Of a DNA stretch of 25,436 nt, positions 21,315 to 25,436 are shown one piece after another (the stretch's first letter is position 1; the number at the start of each line of letters is the position of its first letter). The translations under genes were made by a program, and so were the position numbers. The notes under the pieces are model-generated. The model saw only the letters and a list, made by a program, of their open reading frames with translations, made no database searches and was not told the origin of the DNA. Source of the stretch: Candidatus Tenebribacter burtonii (GTDB lineage: Bacteria > Cloacimonadota > Cloacimonadia > Cloacimonadales > TCS61); the NCBI GenBank assembly GCA_030765625.1, contig JAVCCF010000146.1:1-25436 (forward strand), given 5' to 3'.

Positions 21315-23174
21315 ATGCTGGAAAAAATAAAAACACCGATAGATGTAAAAAGGCTCTCTATAGCACAACTGCAGGAATTAGCTGAGGATGTGAGAAAAAG
21401 AATAATCCAAGTGACTGCAAAAACCGGTGGTCATGTTGCTCCAAGTTTAGGTGCTACCGATCTTGCAATTGCTTTACTTAAAATGTTTGATCCGTTGGAA
21501 GATAGGATAGTATGGGATGTTGGACATCAATCTTATGCTTATAAAATACTTACAGAAAGAAATGAACAATTTGAAACTTTACGTCAATTTGGCGGATTAA
21601 GCGGATTCAATAATATCTTTGAAAGCAAGTATGATGCTTATGGAGTTGGTCATGCTAGTACTTCCATCTCTGCAGCACTTGGAATAGCTGTAGCCAAAGG
21701 AATGAAAGGTAAAAATGGACGCACCATTGCCGTTATTGGTGATGGCGCACTCACTGGTGGAATGTCTTTTGAAGCTTTGAATCATGCCGGACATCTGCAA
21801 AAAAATATAATAGTTATTTTGAATGATAATAATTTTTCTATATCTAAAAATGTTGGCGCTCTTCAAGCACATTTAACAAATATGCTGGTCAGCAAACCCT
21901 ACAACGCAACAAAAAGCCTGATCTATGATTTCGTACAACATCTTCCTCATCGAATTCGCAGAAGAGTAATTTTGAGTGCTCGTACTTTGGAAGAGAACAT
22001 GGTTCACACTCTTGCTCCAAATATCATTTTTGAGGATCTGGGATTTAAATACCTCGGACCTATCGATGGACATGATATGGCAAGAATGATTAGAATATTC
22101 CATAAAATAAAAACAAATCTTACGGGACCTGTCTTAGTTCATATTGTAACACAGAAAGGAAAAGGTTATAAATATGCAGAAGATGACGCTGCCCGTTTTC
22201 ATGGCTTAGGACCTTATGAAATAAAAACAGGTAAGAGCAAGAAAAAAAAGGGTAAAACATATTCAAAAGTTTTTGGAAATACTTTAATAAAAATTGTTGA
22301 AAAAAATAAAAATGTAGTAGCAATAACAGCAGCAATGACTGATGGTACAGGTCTTGCCGATTTTGCGAAGAAATTTCCTGATAATTTTTTTGATGTTGCC
22401 ATAGCAGAACAACATGCCGTAAGCTTTGCCGGTGGACTTGCAGTACAGGGAATAAAACCATTTGTAGCTATCTATTCCACTTTTCTGCAAAGAGCATTTG
22501 ACCAAGTTATCCATGATATTGCTTTGCAAAAATTACCAATTGTATTTTGCTTGGATCGTGCAGGATTAGTTGGAGATGATGGAGCCACACATCATGGTGT
22601 TTTTGACCTTTCTTACCTTAATCTAATTCCCGGAATTCTTATCCTTATCCCTGCAAATGCTGAGGAACTTACTGCAATGCTGAAATTTGCCGCTGACTAC
22701 AAGGACGGACCTATTGTGATTCGTTATCCACGTGGTTGTGCAAAGTATTCAGAAAGCAAAATTGAACCTATCAAAATTGGAAAAAGCGTTATTGTTCATG
22801 AGGGAAAAAATGTTGCAATAATTGGTGTTGGAAAAGCAATGGAAGATGCAGAAATTATCTACCAAAAATTGAGAAATGAACTTCCTGATGTTGATCCGTA
22901 TCTTATTAATCCTCGCTTTTTAAAACCACTTGATATTAATTTAATGGATTCTCTTGAGAACAAAGTTCATACAATAATTACAATTGAAGACAATGTGCTT
23001 ATCGGTGGTTTTGGCGACACTATTAAATCCTATTTTTCCAATACAAATATAAAAGTTTTTTCTTTCGGTATTCCCGATGAATTTATTGAGCATGGGACAG
23101 TGGATCAACTAAAAGATATGATAGGAATATCTGCTGATAAAATTACAAAAAAGATCATCTCAATTTTAAAATAG
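21315..23174 (+). CDS. dxs: 1-deoxy-D-xylulose-5-phosphate synthase
   Basis: 619 aa. GGHVAPSLGATDLAIAL, WDVGHQSYAYKILT, the ThDP motif GDGALTGGMSFEALN, IAEQHAVSFAGGLA and DRAGLVGDDGATHHG are canonical Dxs signatures. Confidence 0.95.
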   Translation: MLEKIKTPIDVKRLSIAQLQELAEDVRKRIIQVTAKTGGHVAPSLGATDLAIALLKMFDPLEDRIVWDVGHQSYAYKILTERNEQFETLRQFGGLSGFNNIFESKYDAYGVGHASTSISAALGIAVAKGMKGKNGRTIAVIGDGALTGGMSFEALNHAGHLQKNIIVILNDNNFSISKNVGALQAHLTNMLVSKPYNATKSLIYDFVQHLPHRIRRRVILSARTLEENMVHTLAPNIIFEDLGFKYLGPIDGHDMARMIRIFHKIKTNLTGPVLVHIVTQKGKGYKYAEDDAARFHGLGPYEIKTGKSKKKKGKTYSKVFGNTLIKIVEKNKNVVAITAAMTDGTGLADFAKKFPDNFFDVAIAEQHAVSFAGGLAVQGIKPFVAIYSTFLQRAFDQVIHDIALQKLPIVFCLDRAGLVGDDGATHHGVFDLSYLNLIPGILILIPANAEELTAMLKFAADYKDGPIVIRYPRGCAKYSESKIEPIKIGKSVIVHEGKNVAIIGVGKAMEDAEIIYQKLRNELPDVDPYLINPRFLKPLDINLMDSLENKVHTIITIEDNVLIGGFGDTIKSYFSNTNIKVFSFGIPDEFIEHGTVDQLKDMIGISADKITKKIISILK

Positions 23175-23180
23175 AATAAA

Positions 23181-24536
23181 ATGGAATATTCTCACGATAC
23201 TATTTCTGCAATTTCTACTCCCTTAGGAATTGGCGGAATTTCTGTTCTTCGAGTAAGCGGAGACAAAGCAATAAATGTAGTTTCCGAAATATTCAAAAGT
23301 AAAACAGACATTAAAAATCAACCTTCACATAAAGCAATTTTTGGTCGCATATCAGATGCAGAAAAACTTGTAGATGAAGTAATTGTAACTGTTTTTAAAG
23401 CACCTCATAGCTATACTGGTGAGGAAGTTATAGAAATTTCATGTCACGGTAGTACCTTTATTACAAATCAAATCCTCCAAATATTATTGCGAAACACCAG
23501 GTTAGCAGAACCCGGTGAATTTACTCAACGAGCATTTTTGAACGATAAGATAGGCCTTACACAAGCAGAAGCTGTTGGTGACTTATTAACTGCAAAAACA
23601 AGAATTTCTCATTTGGCTGCACTTCAACAATATGAAGGAAGTTTACATAATCGAATTAAGAAACTGCTAACTCAATTGACTGATTTTCGTACTCAATTAG
23701 AACTTGAAATTGATTTTTTAGAGCAGGATCTTGATGAAATTGATAATGATAATTTAGTAAAAAATCTCACTACTTTGAATCGAGAACTAGATCAACTTGC
23801 CAAAACAGGAGAAGAAGGTCTGATAATTAAAGATGGATTGAAGGTTAGCCTGGTTGGAGCACCAAATGTAGGAAAATCCAGCATTTTCAATTCCTTACTG
23901 GAAACTGAACGGGCAATTGTAACTCCTATTCCGGGAACTACACGCGACTATCTGGAAGAGGTTATCTCTCTTAATGGATACCTTGTTCGTATCTTTGATA
24001 CTGCAGGTTTGCGTGCAACAACAGACCAAATTGAAAAGATCGGCATTAAACGTTCTTACGAAATTATCAAGAATTCGCATAAAGTATTATTTATTATCGA
24101 TGGTAATGAAAACAAAAAAGAATACAATACTCTTTCTAAACTAGTAGATGAAAATAAAATAATTAAAGTTCTAAATAAGTCTGACAAATTTAATAAAATC
24201 GAACTTCAGGCTTTTAAGAAGAAAGGATATATTATCTGCTCAACTCAAGAGAATTCAGGACTTTCTAAACTTAAAAATTCTCTGTTGTATAATATCGAGA
24301 TTTCTGAAGAAGAATTACATGCGGGGATTCTGACAAATGCGCGGCAAATAGCTGCCGTAACCAAAGCTGCAAAATCTGTAGACAAAGCCTTAGAATCAAT
24401 TAACAATGGTATGGGATATGAATTTACAGCTTTTGATCTTAAAGAAGCCAGTAGTGCATTAGAAGAGATTATCGGCAAAGTTACAACAGATGATATTTTA
24501 AATAATATCTTTGCAAATTTCTGTATTGGGAAATAA
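23181..24536 (+). CDS. mnmE: tRNA uridine-5-carboxymethylaminomethyl modification GTPase MnmE (TrmE)
   Basis: 451 aa. The N-terminal segment reads DTISAISTPLGIGGISVLRVSG. The G-domain has GAPNVGKSS and DTAGLR. The invariant C-terminal FCIGK is present. The start lies 6 nt after the dxs stop. Confidence 0.95.
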   Translation: MEYSHDTISAISTPLGIGGISVLRVSGDKAINVVSEIFKSKTDIKNQPSHKAIFGRISDAEKLVDEVIVTVFKAPHSYTGEEVIEISCHGSTFITNQILQILLRNTRLAEPGEFTQRAFLNDKIGLTQAEAVGDLLTAKTRISHLAALQQYEGSLHNRIKKLLTQLTDFRTQLELEIDFLEQDLDEIDNDNLVKNLTTLNRELDQLAKTGEEGLIIKDGLKVSLVGAPNVGKSSIFNSLLETERAIVTPIPGTTRDYLEEVISLNGYLVRIFDTAGLRATTDQIEKIGIKRSYEIIKNSHKVLFIIDGNENKKEYNTLSKLVDENKIIKVLNKSDKFNKIELQAFKKKGYIICSTQENSGLSKLKNSLLYNIEISEEELHAGILTNARQIAAVTKAAKSVDKALESINNGMGYEFTAFDLKEASSALEEIIGKVTTDDILNNIFANFCIGK

Positions 24537-24637
24537 ATTTTAGAAATAAAACATTCCAGTAATTTGAAAAACATTTAAAAAAATCCGCAGGATAATCTTA
24601 TATCATCTGTCTTCAAGTTTGTGAAAAGGAGGCAAAG

Positions 24638-25006
24638 ATGAATAAGAAATATGTAATTATACTGATAATGTTAGTTTCAGTTTTATTGCTGTTTGCTCAA
24701 GACAATAACCGTCAGAATAGACCAGATGCAAAGCAAATAATGGAAACCTTAACCAGCAGTTTAGAACTTACAAGTGAACAACAGGAAAGTATTAGTCCAC
24801 TTGTAGATGAACAATTTGAATTGATGAAATCCCATGGTGAACCGGGAAAATCTCAAAGTAAAGGTGATCGTGAAAAATTTAAGAATAGTATGGATGAAAT
24901 AAACGAACAGATTTCTGAATTACTAAACGAAGATCAGCAAAAAGAATACAAAAAGATAGTAGAAGATACTCATAACAAACATGAAAAAGGTCAAAAAAGG
25001 CCGTAA
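24638..25006 (+). CDS. Small periplasmic LTXXQ-motif (Spy/CpxP-like) protein, hypothetical
   Basis: 122 aa with signal peptide MNKKYVIILIMLVSVLLLFAQ. The mature part is charged and helical, with LELTSEQQESI (LTxxQ) and a second LLNEDQQKEY repeat. AAGGAGG lies 6 nt upstream. Confidence 0.55.
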   Translation: MNKKYVIILIMLVSVLLLFAQDNNRQNRPDAKQIMETLTSSLELTSEQQESISPLVDEQFELMKSHGEPGKSQSKGDREKFKNSMDEINEQISELLNEDQQKEYKKIVEDTHNKHEKGQKRP

Positions 25007-25019
25007 TCGACCGTTCTCC

Positions 25020-25039
25020 GGGGAGCTGCAAAGCTCCCC
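25020..25039 (+). terminator. Probable intrinsic terminator after the LTXXQ protein gene
   Basis: GGGGAGCT gcaa AGCTCCCC is a perfect 8-bp GC-rich stem with a GNRA-type tetraloop, 14 nt after the stop codon. The following T-run is short (CCTCCCCTTTAAAT), so the call is not certain. Confidence 0.55.
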
Positions 25040-25082
25040 ACCTCCCCTTTAAATAAGAAGAAAAATTAGAAGGAGAAAAATT

Positions 25083-25436
25083 TTGAAAAAAATATTAGCA
25101 GTAATAATGTTCGCATATGTTTTTCTTATCTGCGGATGTAATTCATTTAAAGTTGAAAGTATTTTTAAAATACATAAAATTGTAATAGATGGAAATGATG
25201 AAGATTGGAGCGATGCCAAATATTATATCGAGAAACATGACATTGTTTTTGGTGTTATGAACGACAATGATTTTCTTTATCTCTGCTTCTATCCAACAAC
25301 TAGTGAATTAACCAGACAAGTTCTGTCTCAAGGGTTAACTTTGTGGATAAACAATGATGCAAAAAGAAAAAAGAATTATGGAATTCGTTTCCCATTAGGT
25401 ATGCAGAATTTAATGAATCAGCAAATGCCTGAAGAA
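25083..25436 (+). CDS. Hypothetical lipoprotein, 5' end complete (TTG start), 3' end outside the window
   Basis: Hand translation reads LKKILAVIMFAYVFLICGCNSFKVESIFKIHKIVIDGNDEDWSDAKYYIEKHDIVFGVMNDNDFLYLCFYP... and is open through base 25436 (118 codons). The lipobox is LICGC. AAGGAG at 25070-25075 lies 7 nt upstream of TTG 25083. An alternative in-frame ATG is at 25107. It is absent from the ORF track because there is no stop and no leading ATG. Confidence 0.6.
   Translation, partial: MKKILAVIMFAYVFLICGCNSFKVESIFKIHKIVIDGNDEDWSDAKYYIEKHDIVFGVMNDNDFLYLCFYPTTSELTRQVLSQGLTLWINNDAKRKKNYGIRFPLGMQNLMNQQMPEE

Noticed and set aside
1-25436. CRISPR arrays, multi-copy dispersed repeats, transposase/integrase genes, toxin-antitoxin pairs, restriction-modification genes or other recognisable defence genes.
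   Set aside because: I saw no regularly spaced repeats. The only tandem repeat is the 2-copy 33-bp coding duplication. No ORF carries DDE, tyrosine/serine recombinase, methyltransferase, nuclease-NTPase or reverse-transcriptase motifs that I could recognise. I therefore do not claim a defence or mobile system here.

Overview
AT-rich bacterial chromosomal window. It probably comes from an uncultured FCB-superphylum lineage such as Cloacimonadota. That placement is an inference from a T9SS C-terminal sorting domain, a TonB-dependent receptor with a CarboxypepD_reg-type N-domain, low GC and clear GGAGG-type Shine-Dalgarno sites. I support 20 protein-coding genes and one truncated gene. Minus strand: partial alaS (1-2433), found by hand translation and absent from the ORF track. 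A 530-bp non-coding spacer follows. Next is a very low-GC block of three small membrane or secreted ORFans (2964-4684). A MATE exporter lies on the plus strand (4870-6240). A 13.5-kb run of minus-strand genes follows: alkD, a class-I glutamine amidotransferase, a secreted transglutaminase-like protein, an EEP hydrolase, a T9SS-sorted papain-family peptidase, a TonB-dependent receptor, an e(P4)-type 5'-nucleotidase, a tandem-fused deoxynucleoside kinase and a Zn-ribbon polytopic membrane protein (6383-19922). A plus-strand housekeeping row closes the window: queD, a GxxExxY gene remnant, engB, dxs, mnmE, an LTXXQ periplasmic protein and a partial lipoprotein. I found no rRNA, tRNA, CRISPR array, transposase, integrase or recognisable defence gene. 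The window is mostly ordinary. Six items deserve a second look: (1) the tight membrane protein / double dNK / e(P4) phosphatase module, a candidate deoxynucleoside capture system with an uncharacterised permease candidate; (2) a 227-bp inverted-repeat-bounded GxxExxY remnant wedged exactly between queD and engB; (3) the 530-bp alaS-upstream spacer, with a 48-nt palindrome flanked by two divergent SD-preceded mini-ORFs; (4) an insertion of about 85 aa in AlaRS; (5) the low-GC ORFan block with an in-frame 33-bp duplication; (6) a secreted proteolysis and uptake cluster. All homology statements rest on motif recognition by eye, not on database searches.
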